Assembly: GCA_963662585.1 (NCBI GenBank)
Contig: OY759729.1
Coordinates: 1 to 64,000, forward strand
Length of the DNA: 64,000 nucleotides
Direction of reading: 5' to 3'
Source of the DNA: Candidatus Cloacimonadales bacterium
GTDB lineage: Bacteria > Cloacimonadota > Cloacimonadia > Cloacimonadales > JAFGVF01
Shown: positions 30,485-40,327 of the stretch, one piece after another
Numbering within the stretch: the stretch's first letter is position 1
How the letters are laid out: each line of letters begins with the position of its first letter
Position numbers and translations under genes: made by a program
Notes under the pieces: generated by a model
The model's database searches: none
Told to the model about the DNA's origin: nothing
The model's input: only the letters and a program-made list of their open reading frames with translations

Positions 30485-31800
30485 TGAAAATACTAATAAA
30501 AAATAGTACAATTATTACTTTAGATAAAAGTAATATGTTATTGCAAAATAGTAATATAGTTATAGAAGATAAATATATATCATACATAGGGAAGGATATA
30601 TTAGCAGATTCAGAGTATGATAGAGTAATTGATGGTGCTCACAAAATAGTTATGCCTGCTTATATTAATGCCCATACACATTTTTATAGTAGTTTTGCAA
30701 AAGGAATAGGAGGGATTTCTCCTTCTGAAAATTTTGTCGAAGTACTAAACAATATGTGGTGGAAACTAGATAAAAAGTTACTTCTTGAGGATTGCTATTA
30801 TAGTGCCTTAACGGCAATTATGGATGGTGTAAAGAATGGCGTAACCACCTATATTGATCACCATGCAAGTCCTTATGCTGTAACCAATTCCTTACCTGAA
30901 ATCGCCAAAGCAGTTGAAAGGATGGGAGTTAAAGCATCTCTTTGTTATGAAATTTCCGATCGGGATGGAGATGATATAAAGGATGCTGGTATTTTAGAGA
31001 ATTTCTCTTTTATCGAAAATAATAAGAATCCAGACATAACAGGCTTAATAGGACTTCATGCTTCTTTTACTCTCTCAGATGAAACTCTTAAAGATATTGT
31101 AGCTAAAAACACTAACAATTATGGCTACCATATTCATGTTTCAGAAGATAGAGCTGATGAGGCTGATGCAAATGAGAAGTATAATACTTCTGTAGTAGAG
31201 AGATTAGCTAAATTCGGAATTGTGAATAATCACTCTATTCTAGCTCATTGTGTTAATATCACAGAAAGTGATAGAGCTATTATTAGCGAGAATGACGCTA
31301 TAGTAGTTCATAATCCTGAATCAAATTTGAATAATGCTGTTGGAATCAGTGATGTCTTAAATCAAGTAAATGATAATATTCTAGTTGGTTTAGGCACAGA
31401 TGCCATGACAAATAAAATGGGAAATGAAATGAGAATTGCTCTCTGGCTACAACATATTAAGCAGACTAATCCAAGCTGCGGTTTTATGGAGATTTCTTCT
31501 CTTTTATTAGAAAATAATGCTAAGATTGCCAATAGATTATGGAATACACAAAAATTCGGAGTTCTTAAAGAAGGTAATTACGCAGACATAATTATGCTTG
31601 ATTATGATCCAATTACTCCTCTTAATCAAGATAATGTTTTAGGTCATATTGTTTTTGGTATTGCCGAAGCCAATGTAGCCACAACTATTTCTAATGGTAA
31701 AATCTTATGGCATAATTATCAATTTGAAGATTTTATCGATCAACATCAAATTAACAAACATTCAAGAGAATTAGCAAAAAAATTATGGGAGAGAATGTAA
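30484..31800 (+). CDS. ssnA: SsnA-family amidohydrolase
   Basis: INAHTHFYSSFA, WWKLD, GVTTYIDHHASP, GLHASFTLSD, HNPESNLNNAVG. Confidence 0.9.
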   Translation: MKILIKNSTIITLDKSNMLLQNSNIVIEDKYISYIGKDILADSEYDRVIDGAHKIVMPAYINAHTHFYSSFAKGIGGISPSENFVEVLNNMWWKLDKKLLLEDCYYSALTAIMDGVKNGVTTYIDHHASPYAVTNSLPEIAKAVERMGVKASLCYEISDRDGDDIKDAGILENFSFIENNKNPDITGLIGLHASFTLSDETLKDIVAKNTNNYGYHIHVSEDRADEADANEKYNTSVVERLAKFGIVNNHSILAHCVNITESDRAIISENDAIVVHNPESNLNNAVGISDVLNQVNDNILVGLGTDAMTNKMGNEMRIALWLQHIKQTNPSCGFMEISSLLLENNAKIANRLWNTQKFGVLKEGNYADIIMLDYDPITPLNQDNVLGHIVFGIAEANVATTISNGKILWHNYQFEDFIDQHQINKHSRELAKKLWERM

Positions 31801-31801
31801 A

Positions 31802-33004
31802 ATGATAAGTTACGAAGCAATATTGAATAAATCAAAAGAGATTGAACCACAAATAGCAGATTTTTTAAGTAGATTAATTAAATGTAGATCACATTCAGGA
31901 ACTGAAAAAGAAGTTGTTTTACTAATTAAATCAGAAATGGAAAAATTAAATTATGATGAAATACGAATTGATGCATTAGGCTCAATAATAGGTAGAATTG
32001 GCTCAGGTCCAAGGATTATAGCCATTGATGCACATATTGATACTGTCTATGAAGGAAATCTGGCAAATTGGAATAAAGAACCATATAGTGGAGAAATTGA
32101 TGATACTTATGTTTATGGCCGAGGTACTTCTGACCAAAAAAGTGGATTAGCTTCAATGGTCTATGCTGGTTGGCTGATGAAGGAATATGATCTCTTAAAT
32201 GATTTTACGGTTCTTATTACAGGTACTGTAATGGAGGAAGATTGTGATGGAATAGCTTGGGAACATCTGATTTTAGAAGATGGTGTAAAGCCTGAATTAG
32301 TAATTAGTACAGAACCTACAAGTTGTAATATCTATCGTGGTCATCGTGGTAGAATGGAGATCTCTATTGAGGTTAAAGGTATCTCTTGTCATGGCTCAGC
32401 CCCTGAAAGAGGAGATAATGCTATTTACAAGATGTCTCGTATTGCTTTAGAAATTGAAAAACTCAATGATAGATTGAAGCATGATGATTTCTTGGGTAAA
32501 GGTACAATCACTGTTTCTGTAATGAAATCAGACTCTCCTTCTCAATGTGCAGTTTCTGATTATGTCTATCTTCAATGTGATAGAAGATTAACAGATGGAG
32601 AAACAAAAGAAATTGCTGTTAAGGAGTTAAAAGAATGTTGCCGTTTAGCAGGTTATCCTGAAGCAGAAGTGAAAGTATTGGAATACAAAGAGAAAGCATA
32701 TACTGGTAAGATTTATCCAGTAGAGAAATACTATCCTACTTGGGTATTAAATGAAGATTCTAAGTATTTAAAAGTTGCCAAGAAAGGATTTTCTTCTATA
32801 TTTAATAAAGAGCCACTTATTGATAAGTGGACATTTAGTACTAACTGTGTGTTCATTATGGGTAAACATCCTGAAATCAAATGTTTAGGATTCGGACCTG
32901 GTGATGAAGATCAAGCACATGCACCTAACGAAAAGGTGAAGAGAGAAGATTTATGGAAGGCAACAGCTTTCTATACATCATTCATTAAAACGCTTAAGGA
33001 GTAA
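31802..33004 (+). CDS. ygeY: YgeY-family M20 hydrolase
   Basis: DAHIDTV, GRGTSDQK, TGTVMEEDCDG, HGSAPERGDNAIYKM, DKWTFSTN, QAHAPNE. Confidence 0.92.
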   Translation: MISYEAILNKSKEIEPQIADFLSRLIKCRSHSGTEKEVVLLIKSEMEKLNYDEIRIDALGSIIGRIGSGPRIIAIDAHIDTVYEGNLANWNKEPYSGEIDDTYVYGRGTSDQKSGLASMVYAGWLMKEYDLLNDFTVLITGTVMEEDCDGIAWEHLILEDGVKPELVISTEPTSCNIYRGHRGRMEISIEVKGISCHGSAPERGDNAIYKMSRIALEIEKLNDRLKHDDFLGKGTITVSVMKSDSPSQCAVSDYVYLQCDRRLTDGETKEIAVKELKECCRLAGYPEAEVKVLEYKEKAYTGKIYPVEKYYPTWVLNEDSKYLKVAKKGFSSIFNKEPLIDKWTFSTNCVFIMGKHPEIKCLGFGPGDEDQAHAPNEKVKREDLWKATAFYTSFIKTLKE

Positions 33005-33009
33005 AAATT

Positions 33010-33867
33010 ATGAAGAAAATACTGATTATTGTTATTATCGGAGTACTATTTAGTACATTAGTAGCTCAGGAGAAATGGGAATACTCATTTGATGTTAAAG
33101 GAACACTAAGTCAAAGTTATTATACTGATAACTGGGATGGGGAAGAGGAATCTAATATCAATTGGTTATTACAAGGGAATATGACTGCTAATAAACAATT
33201 GCTAGATTGGTTTAGATCAATGAATACTTTAAAATTAAAGTTTGGACAAATCTATGATACTGACACAAATGCCGATGGCTCACAAGCTCCTGGATGGCAA
33301 GAAGCAAGAAAGTCTGATGATGAAATTGATCTCTTGTCTTTGGGACTTCTAACTTTTGATGGTTGGGTAGATCCTTATGTATCATTAAGACTGCAAACTG
33401 TTTTTGAAGGAACTAATAAAAGAGCTTTTGACCCTGCTCGTTTCTCTCAAGGTATTGGTGCTTCAAAAATAATATTTGAAGAACAAAGACTTGGATTAAA
33501 CACTCGTGCTGGTCTTAGCATGAGAGAAAATTATCAATATGGTATTGCCCCACTTATTGATGGTGGTTTTGAATCTATCACAGAATTTATGTGGGTTTGC
33601 CCTTATGACAGATCAAAATTCACTTCTAACCTCTTTCTTTTCCAAGCAATATTTAACTCTGAGGAAGATAACTTAGTTGATGTTAATGGTGATAAAATTG
33701 ATGATTGGAAACAGTTAGATATTGAATGGACTAATGAATTAAGTATTCAATTATACAAGTATCTATCATTCAATGTTTATACTCAACTTCTCTACGATAA
33801 AGAGATTGATTACTCTGGAAGATTTAAACAAACCTCTGGATTGTCATTAACCTATAAATTATTCTAA
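33010..33867 (+). CDS. Exported, probable outer-membrane beta-barrel protein (DUF3078/DUF481-like)
   Basis: Signal peptide, amphipathic beta-strand pattern, SQSYYTDNW.G, C-terminal GLSLTYKLF. Confidence 0.65.
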   Translation: MKKILIIVIIGVLFSTLVAQEKWEYSFDVKGTLSQSYYTDNWDGEEESNINWLLQGNMTANKQLLDWFRSMNTLKLKFGQIYDTDTNADGSQAPGWQEARKSDDEIDLLSLGLLTFDGWVDPYVSLRLQTVFEGTNKRAFDPARFSQGIGASKIIFEEQRLGLNTRAGLSMRENYQYGIAPLIDGGFESITEFMWVCPYDRSKFTSNLFLFQAIFNSEEDNLVDVNGDKIDDWKQLDIEWTNELSIQLYKYLSFNVYTQLLYDKEIDYSGRFKQTSGLSLTYKLF

Positions 33868-33901
33868 TTTAATTGACAGGTAATTAAATTAAATTATATT
33901 T

Positions 33902-33935
33902 GATTGAGGACTTAATTAAGTCCTCAATCTTCTTT
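33902..33935 (+). terminator. Perfect 28-bp palindrome with short U-rich tail; likely intrinsic terminator
   Basis: GATTGAGGACTTAA/TTAAGTCCTCAATC followed by TTCTTT. Confidence 0.6.
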
Positions 33936-33969
33936 AAAATAGAAAATAAAACTTAGCAATGAAGGTGAT

Positions 33970-35118
33970 ATGAGATATACTTGTACTAATTGTGGTAAAG
34001 ATTTTAGTATTGATGAAATTAACTATTTATGCGATGTTTGTGGTAAAGATTGGATACCAGGAAATAAATTGACTGGTATTCTCCAAATAGAATATAATAA
34101 TAATGATAGAATAACTATTCATAAAGACCTAGATATAAAGAACTTTTTCCCTTTTGAACGACAAGACTTACCAAACATTCCTGTAGGCAATACTCCTTTC
34201 TATTATGCTGAAAAATTAAGTACAAATAACAATTTAAATCTTTGGATAAAAAACGATACAGTAAATCCCACTGGTTCTTTTAAAGATAGAGCCTCTTACT
34301 GGGTAGTAGCCCAGGCTAAACATCATAATGTCGATAGTATTGTTTGTGCTTCTACCGGTAACGCAGGAAGTTCCCTTGCAGGAATCTGTGCAGCAACTGA
34401 TATTAAAGCTAAGATATTTATTCCTGCTAAAGCTCCCCTAGGAAAGAGAGCACAAAATATTGCTTATGGTGCAGACTTAGAGCTTGTTAATGGCACTTAC
34501 GACGACGCTTATGAACTATCCATTGATTATTCCCAGAAGCATGGTATTATAAATCGTAATACAGGCTATAATCCCATTACAATTGAAGGGAAAAAAAGTG
34601 TTGCTGTAGAAATTTATCAACAAAACAACTTCAAAGTACCAGATTATATTGTTATCCCTGTCGGCGATGGAGTTATACTTTCTGGAGTCTTTAAAGGTTT
34701 TCAAGACTTAAGAAATTTAGGTTTCACTACTACCCTTCCTAAGCTCATTGGAGTTCAAAGTAGCAAATCTAATGCGATTTATACTTATTGGAAGTCTGGA
34801 GAATATAGAGTATTAAGCAAAGCTGATACTATTGCTGACTCTATCTCTGTAAAAAATCCTGCTTGTGCAGATCTTGCTGTGAAGGCAATTAAGGAGAGTA
34901 AGGGATTTATGTTAGAAGTTGATGACTCCAAGATTGTTAGTTATCAATTAGAAATAGCTAGGAATAGTGGCATCTTTTGCGAACCTTCATCAGCAGTTGT
35001 AGCTGAAATATTATATAATAAAAATCTTTTTGAAAATGATAAACAAGTAGTACTGCTCCTTACAGGGCATGGACTTAAAGACATTAATTCAATTTTGAAT
35101 TACAAGGGAGAGAAATGA
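33970..35118 (+). CDS. Threonine synthase-like PLP enzyme (fold type II)
   Basis: N-terminal CxxC..CxxC, VGNTP, NPTGSFKDRAS, ASTGNAG, IEGKK, PVGDG, EPSSA, LTGHGLKD. Confidence 0.85.
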   Translation: MRYTCTNCGKDFSIDEINYLCDVCGKDWIPGNKLTGILQIEYNNNDRITIHKDLDIKNFFPFERQDLPNIPVGNTPFYYAEKLSTNNNLNLWIKNDTVNPTGSFKDRASYWVVAQAKHHNVDSIVCASTGNAGSSLAGICAATDIKAKIFIPAKAPLGKRAQNIAYGADLELVNGTYDDAYELSIDYSQKHGIINRNTGYNPITIEGKKSVAVEIYQQNNFKVPDYIVIPVGDGVILSGVFKGFQDLRNLGFTTTLPKLIGVQSSKSNAIYTYWKSGEYRVLSKADTIADSISVKNPACADLAVKAIKESKGFMLEVDDSKIVSYQLEIARNSGIFCEPSSAVVAEILYNKNLFENDKQVVLLLTGHGLKDINSILNYKGEK

Positions 35119-36440
35119 AATTATTAAAAAACTGTAGTCTAATCATTGATGATAATATCGTAAATCAAGATATCTTATTAGATGCAGATACGATAGTGAA
35201 AATTTCGGATAATATACAAAAAGAAAACAACTGGGAAGTTGTTGATATAGATTTTAAATTTGTTCTTCCTGGATTTATAGACTTTCATGTTCATCTTGAT
35301 GATGACATAAACGGATTTCCAATTGCGGATACTTATGATTCAGGTACTCGGGTGGCATTAAAGAATGGAATTACTACTTTGTTTAGTTTTATTACCCAGC
35401 GAGAAGGAGAGACTTTAAGAGATGCAGTAAATAGAACGCATAAAAAAGCCGATGGTAATCTATGGTGTGATGTCGGCTGGCATCTTACTCCAACAACTTT
35501 TGATGAGAAGAGTCATGAGATAATCTCTGAATTGATTGATGAAGGCTTTAGTTCCTTTAAACTATATACAACTTATAAAAAAGCTGGTATCTATAGTTCT
35601 TATTATCAAATTGAAGAGTTTGCTAAAAAATATGTAGATAAGCAAATATTAATATTAACTCATTGTGAAGATGATGATTTGATAAAGTCTAAAGCAATTC
35701 GATCAAATAACAAAGTTTTACTAAATCTTGTTAGAGTTCGTTCAAAAACAGTTGAATTGACAGCAGTTAATAAAATTTTAAGAATCGCCAGACAAACAGG
35801 GGCTCATTTTCACATAGTTCATGTCTCAACTTCAGAGGCAATGGAAGTAATTAATAGGCTTAAGTACCAGAGTTTCGTAAGTTGTGAAACATGTCCTCAA
35901 TACTTCTTTTTAGATAATACAAATTACTTGCAACCTAATGGTGAACAATATATCTGTGCTCCTCCACTAAGAGATAAGGAAAATAATGAAAATCTTATAC
36001 AAGGCTTCCGTTTGAATTATTTTAATATTATAGCTTCTGATCATTGTCCTTTCACCATTAATCAAAAGCTCATTGGAAGAAGATTTTATGAGAAAGCTCC
36101 AGGAGGATTGGATGGTTTAGATTTTCTCCCTTATTTAACATCTAATCTATTTGAAAGAACTTTTGATAAGGCAAAATATCTACAACAAAAACTTTCAACA
36201 GAGCCTGCTAGATTAGCAGGCTTATACCCTGAAAAAGGAGTCATTAAGGAAGGTTCAATAGCCGATCTTGTTGTGGTTGACTTTGACAAAGAGCACTATA
36301 TTGCAGGTAGAGAAGGGATTTTCAATCCATACGAAAAAGTACTTACCAGTCTAACTATTTCGAAGGTTATGAAAAGCGGAGAATTTGTAGTTAACGAAGG
36401 TGAGTTCTTAATAAATATACCAACAGGGACTAAATTATGA
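35115..36440 (+). CDS. Dihydropyrimidinase/hydantoinase-family cyclic amidohydrolase (HyuA-like)
   Basis: PGFIDFHVH, SFKLY, HCED, HIVHVS, CETCPQY, PPLR, SDHCPF. Confidence 0.85.
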   Translation: MKLLKNCSLIIDDNIVNQDILLDADTIVKISDNIQKENNWEVVDIDFKFVLPGFIDFHVHLDDDINGFPIADTYDSGTRVALKNGITTLFSFITQREGETLRDAVNRTHKKADGNLWCDVGWHLTPTTFDEKSHEIISELIDEGFSSFKLYTTYKKAGIYSSYYQIEEFAKKYVDKQILILTHCEDDDLIKSKAIRSNNKVLLNLVRVRSKTVELTAVNKILRIARQTGAHFHIVHVSTSEAMEVINRLKYQSFVSCETCPQYFFLDNTNYLQPNGEQYICAPPLRDKENNENLIQGFRLNYFNIIASDHCPFTINQKLIGRRFYEKAPGGLDGLDFLPYLTSNLFERTFDKAKYLQQKLSTEPARLAGLYPEKGVIKEGSIADLVVVDFDKEHYIAGREGIFNPYEKVLTSLTISKVMKSGEFVVNEGEFLINIPTGTKL

Positions 36441-38677
36441 ACAAGTGGAGAAATGATGGTATAGCAAAGGTTACCGGTAAAGCTAAATACGCTGATGATA
36501 TCAAGTTTTATGATATGCTCCATTGTGTGCCTGTATATACAAATGAGGTTCACGCAGAGATCCTTAAAATAGATACTTCACAAGCCTTGATTAGTGAAGG
36601 GGTAGTCAGGATAATAACTGCCAAGGATATTCCTGGAGTAAAGAAGTTTGGCCAAATCAGGAAAGATTATTCTTTAATTGCTGAAGATAAAATTCGCTAT
36701 GAAGGCGATGTTATAGCTTTAGTTGTAGCTGATACTTTAGAAAATGCTCTAAAGGCTGTTCCCAAAATTAAAGCAGAATTTAAGAAACTCAAGACTCTGC
36801 TATCACCAGAAGATGCAAGTAATGATGAAATTTTAATTCATGATGTTTATGGCTCTAATCTCATAAATCACCATAAAGTAAGAAAAGGCAATGCTGAAAA
36901 GGGTTTTTCAGAATGTGATTTAATTTTTGAAGATAAATATGAGACTAATTTTGTTGAGCATGGTTATTTAGAACCTGAATCAGCAGTTTGCCAAGTCAGA
37001 GATGATGGTGTTATAGAAGTCTTTGGTTCGATGCAACATCCATTTAGTACAAGAAGATTTACTGCTGCCCTACTTGGTAAAAAACTTTCGGAAGTAGAAG
37101 TTATCACAATTCCTATGGGTGGAGGTTTTGGTGGCAAAGATGATACAGCAGCTATTGTTTGTGCTCGAACAGCTTTAGCAGCTTACTTATGTAAAAAGCC
37201 TGTAAAAATGACTTATACTCGCGAATGGTCAATGAAAGAGAGTTATAAAAGACATCCGTATAAAATGGACTACAAAGTTGGTATCAAAAATGGTAAAATT
37301 CATGCTCTCGAGTGTAATATTATTGCCGATGGAGGAGCTTATACTTCTGTTTCACCTTGGGTAACTTGGAGATCAACAGTACAATGTGGAGGACCTTATG
37401 TGATTCCAAATGTTCACACTGATGTCAAAGCATATTATACAAACAATGTTTATACAGGAGCTTTTAGAGGTTTTGGATCTCCTCAAGTTAATTTTGCCAT
37501 AGAACAAATTATTGAAGATATTGCAGAAAAACTCAAGATTGATCCAATTACTTTCAGGCAAAATAATATGCTCAGACAGAATTCTATAACTGTCTCTCAA
37601 CAGAAATTAGATAATCACATTGTCTCTTTAGATCAAGTACTTGAGAAGGTAATTAAAGAAAGCGATTATTATAATAAACTAAAAAAATGTACTTATGGCG
37701 ATAATGATAGTCCAAAGCAATATGGAATAGGTTTAGCAATGTCCTACAGAGGCTGTAGTTTAGGAGCAGAAGGCAAGGATTTTACCTCTGCAATAATAAA
37801 TGTCCAATTTGATGGTTCTATACTCTTAGAAGTATCAATTCATGAGAATGGGCAAGGTTCTGAAACAGCTATGATAAATATTCTTGCTAAAGAAATAGGT
37901 GTGCCAATTTCTAAAATACGCTATCGTCGCTCTTCAACCTCACAGATTCCTGATGGTGGTACAACAGTAGCTTCTCGTGGAACATTAATGGGTGGGGGTG
38001 CATTAATGGATGCGATAAAAAACCTTAAACTAATTATTAATAAGATTATAGCTGATGATTTAAAATGCAAAGCTGAAGAAATCATCTATCAAGACAATCA
38101 GCTTTTTGCTCCTTCAGGGGAAAGTATAACTTGGGAAAAAGCTATAGGGATTTTATATCAAAACTGTACATATCCTTATGCTTTTGGCAGTTTTGAAGCA
38201 CCTCCTGTAACTTGGGATGAAGAATGTGGAGCAGGTAAAGCCTATTTCACTTATGTCTATAGTGCTCAAGTAGCTGAAATAGAAATTGATGTTAAAAGTA
38301 AAAAATTAAAAGTAGTAAATATTTATGCAGTACATGACATTGGAAAGGCTATCAAATCAGGACTTTTATCAGGTCAAATATATGGCGGAATTGTTCAAGG
38401 TTTAGGTATGGCTCTTAAAGAGAATTTAATTATTAAAGAAGGCCATTTAATTACCGATAATTTCCACAACTATAGAATATATCGTGCCAATGAGTTACCA
38501 AGGATTCATGACTTCATTATTGAAAATCCGGATCCAAATACTCCTTCAGGTGCTAAAGGAATAGGAGAGCCTGCTTTAGAAATAATTTCGCCTGCTATAG
38601 CGAATGCAATTTATAGAGCAACTGGAAAAAGAATGAAGAAGTTACCGATGTTAGTGGAGGATATATGCAAGCAATAG
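36437..38677 (+). CDS. Second xanthine dehydrogenase-family molybdopterin subunit (E. coli XdhA/CoxL architecture)
   Basis: KVTGKAKYADD, EHGYLEPE, MGGGFGGKD, AFRGFGSPQ, TTVASR, GQIYGGIVQGLG, AKGIGEP. Confidence 0.9.
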   Translation: MNKWRNDGIAKVTGKAKYADDIKFYDMLHCVPVYTNEVHAEILKIDTSQALISEGVVRIITAKDIPGVKKFGQIRKDYSLIAEDKIRYEGDVIALVVADTLENALKAVPKIKAEFKKLKTLLSPEDASNDEILIHDVYGSNLINHHKVRKGNAEKGFSECDLIFEDKYETNFVEHGYLEPESAVCQVRDDGVIEVFGSMQHPFSTRRFTAALLGKKLSEVEVITIPMGGGFGGKDDTAAIVCARTALAAYLCKKPVKMTYTREWSMKESYKRHPYKMDYKVGIKNGKIHALECNIIADGGAYTSVSPWVTWRSTVQCGGPYVIPNVHTDVKAYYTNNVYTGAFRGFGSPQVNFAIEQIIEDIAEKLKIDPITFRQNNMLRQNSITVSQQKLDNHIVSLDQVLEKVIKESDYYNKLKKCTYGDNDSPKQYGIGLAMSYRGCSLGAEGKDFTSAIINVQFDGSILLEVSIHENGQGSETAMINILAKEIGVPISKIRYRRSSTSQIPDGGTTVASRGTLMGGGALMDAIKNLKLIINKIIADDLKCKAEEIIYQDNQLFAPSGESITWEKAIGILYQNCTYPYAFGSFEAPPVTWDEECGAGKAYFTYVYSAQVAEIEIDVKSKKLKVVNIYAVHDIGKAIKSGLLSGQIYGGIVQGLGMALKENLIIKEGHLITDNFHNYRIYRANELPRIHDFIIENPDPNTPSGAKGIGEPALEIISPAIANAIYRATGKRMKKLPMLVEDICKQ

Positions 38678-39123
38678 TTAATGGAAATAAAATTGAATTG
38701 AAAGAAAAAGATTTAGATAAACAGCTTCTTGAATTTATTAGAGAAGATTTAAACCTCACTGGCACCAAAAATGGGTGTAATATTGGTGTATGTGGTGCTT
38801 GTACTGTCTTGATCAACAATGAAGTGCAAAGATCATGTAAGTTAAAAGTCAAAGACATAATTGATAAAGAGTTATTAACAATAGAAGGTATGACACAAAA
38901 TGAAGAGTTACATCCCTTGCAAAAATCATTTTTGGATCACGATGCCGTGCAATGTGGTTTTTGTACCCCAGGTATGGTGTTAAGTGGTCATGCCTTATTA
39001 CTTAAAAATTCTAATCCAACTGAAGCTGAAGTAAGAGATGCCATTAAAATTAATCTTTGTAGATGCACAGGTTATCAACAGATTGTAGATTCTATACTTG
39101 CAGCTAAAGAATTCTATAAATAG
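38665..39123 (+). CDS. [2Fe-2S] small subunit of Mo-hydroxylase (CoxS-like)
   Basis: GTKNGCNIGVCGAC, QCGFCTPG, NLCRCTGY. Confidence 0.92.
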   Translation: MQAIVNGNKIELKEKDLDKQLLEFIREDLNLTGTKNGCNIGVCGACTVLINNEVQRSCKLKVKDIIDKELLTIEGMTQNEELHPLQKSFLDHDAVQCGFCTPGMVLSGHALLLKNSNPTEAEVRDAIKINLCRCTGYQQIVDSILAAKEFYK

Positions 39124-39131
39124 GAGTATTT

Positions 39132-40319
39132 ATGAGAGAAAATACCACACAATTGTTTGAAAAAATAATGAACTTTAATTTTGATAATTATGGAAGAAAT
39201 TTCCTCTTAACTAAAGATAAAAGTTTTAACCATATACAAGCAACAATTTTACTAGCCAATTGGTTGAAATTGATTCATCAAAATCACAAATCATTTAGAG
39301 TGTTTGATAATGGTTTGGCAATTTCAATTTTTAGAGATAATTCCACTAGAACAAGATTTAGTTATTCCTCGGCAGCTCACGCTCTTGGCTTGGGTGTTCA
39401 AGATCTTGATGAGGTTAAATCACAAATTGCTCATGGTGAAACAGTAAGAGAAACTGCCAATATGATCTCTTTTTTAGCAGAGATGATTGGTATAAGAGAT
39501 GATATGTATCTTGGTGAAGGACATACCTATATGAAAGAAGTATCTGATGCTTTAGATTTAGGCTATGAAGAAGGAGTTCTGCACCAAAGACCAGGCTTGA
39601 TTAATCTTCAATGCGATATTGACCATCCTACCCAATCTATGGCTGACCTATGCAAATTAAGAGACTATTTTGGAGGATTTGATAAGCTTAAAGGTAAAAA
39701 AGTAGCTATGACTTGGGCTTATTCACCAAGTTATGGAAAACCACTTTCTGTGCCACAAGGTATCATTACCCTTCTTCCTCGCTTAGGAATGGATGTCGTT
39801 TTAGCACATCCAGAAGGATATAATCTCCTTGATGAAGAAGTTAATTATGCAAAGCAAGCAGCTTCTGAAAATAATGGTAGCTTTACAATCACTAATTCTA
39901 TGGAAGATGCTTTTAAAGGTGCAGATATTGTTTATCCAAAATCTTGGGCACCTATGCAAGTTATGCAAGAGAGAACTGAACTTCTTATGGCCAAAGATAA
40001 GGCAGGTTTAGAGAATTTAGAACATAGATGTCTAGAAAACAACAAGAAATATATTAATTGGGAATGTGATAGAGATAAAATGAACTTAACCAAAGATAAA
40101 AAAGCTCTCTATATGCATTGTTTACCTGCTGATATAACGGATGTTAGCTGTGCACAAGGTGAAGTCTCAAAAGAAGTCTTTGAAGAATACAGAAGAGAAA
40201 CTTATCATCAAGCAAGTTTTAAACCTTTTGTGATTGCAGCAATGGGAATTCTCACCAGATTTGATTCACCAGGACAAATAATCAGTAAAATACAAAACAA
40301 TTTAAACTATCGTTTTTAG
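39132..40319 (+). CDS. ygeW: Knotted carbamoyltransferase YgeW
   Basis: FRDNSTRTRFS, SQIAHGETVRETANMISF, NLQCDIDHPTQ, WAYSPSYGKPLSVPQG, MHCLPAD. Confidence 0.95.
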   Translation: MRENTTQLFEKIMNFNFDNYGRNFLLTKDKSFNHIQATILLANWLKLIHQNHKSFRVFDNGLAISIFRDNSTRTRFSYSSAAHALGLGVQDLDEVKSQIAHGETVRETANMISFLAEMIGIRDDMYLGEGHTYMKEVSDALDLGYEEGVLHQRPGLINLQCDIDHPTQSMADLCKLRDYFGGFDKLKGKKVAMTWAYSPSYGKPLSVPQGIITLLPRLGMDVVLAHPEGYNLLDEEVNYAKQAASENNGSFTITNSMEDAFKGADIVYPKSWAPMQVMQERTELLMAKDKAGLENLEHRCLENNKKYINWECDRDKMNLTKDKKALYMHCLPADITDVSCAQGEVSKEVFEEYRRETYHQASFKPFVIAAMGILTRFDSPGQIISKIQNNLNYRF

Positions 40320-40327
40320 GAGACTAA

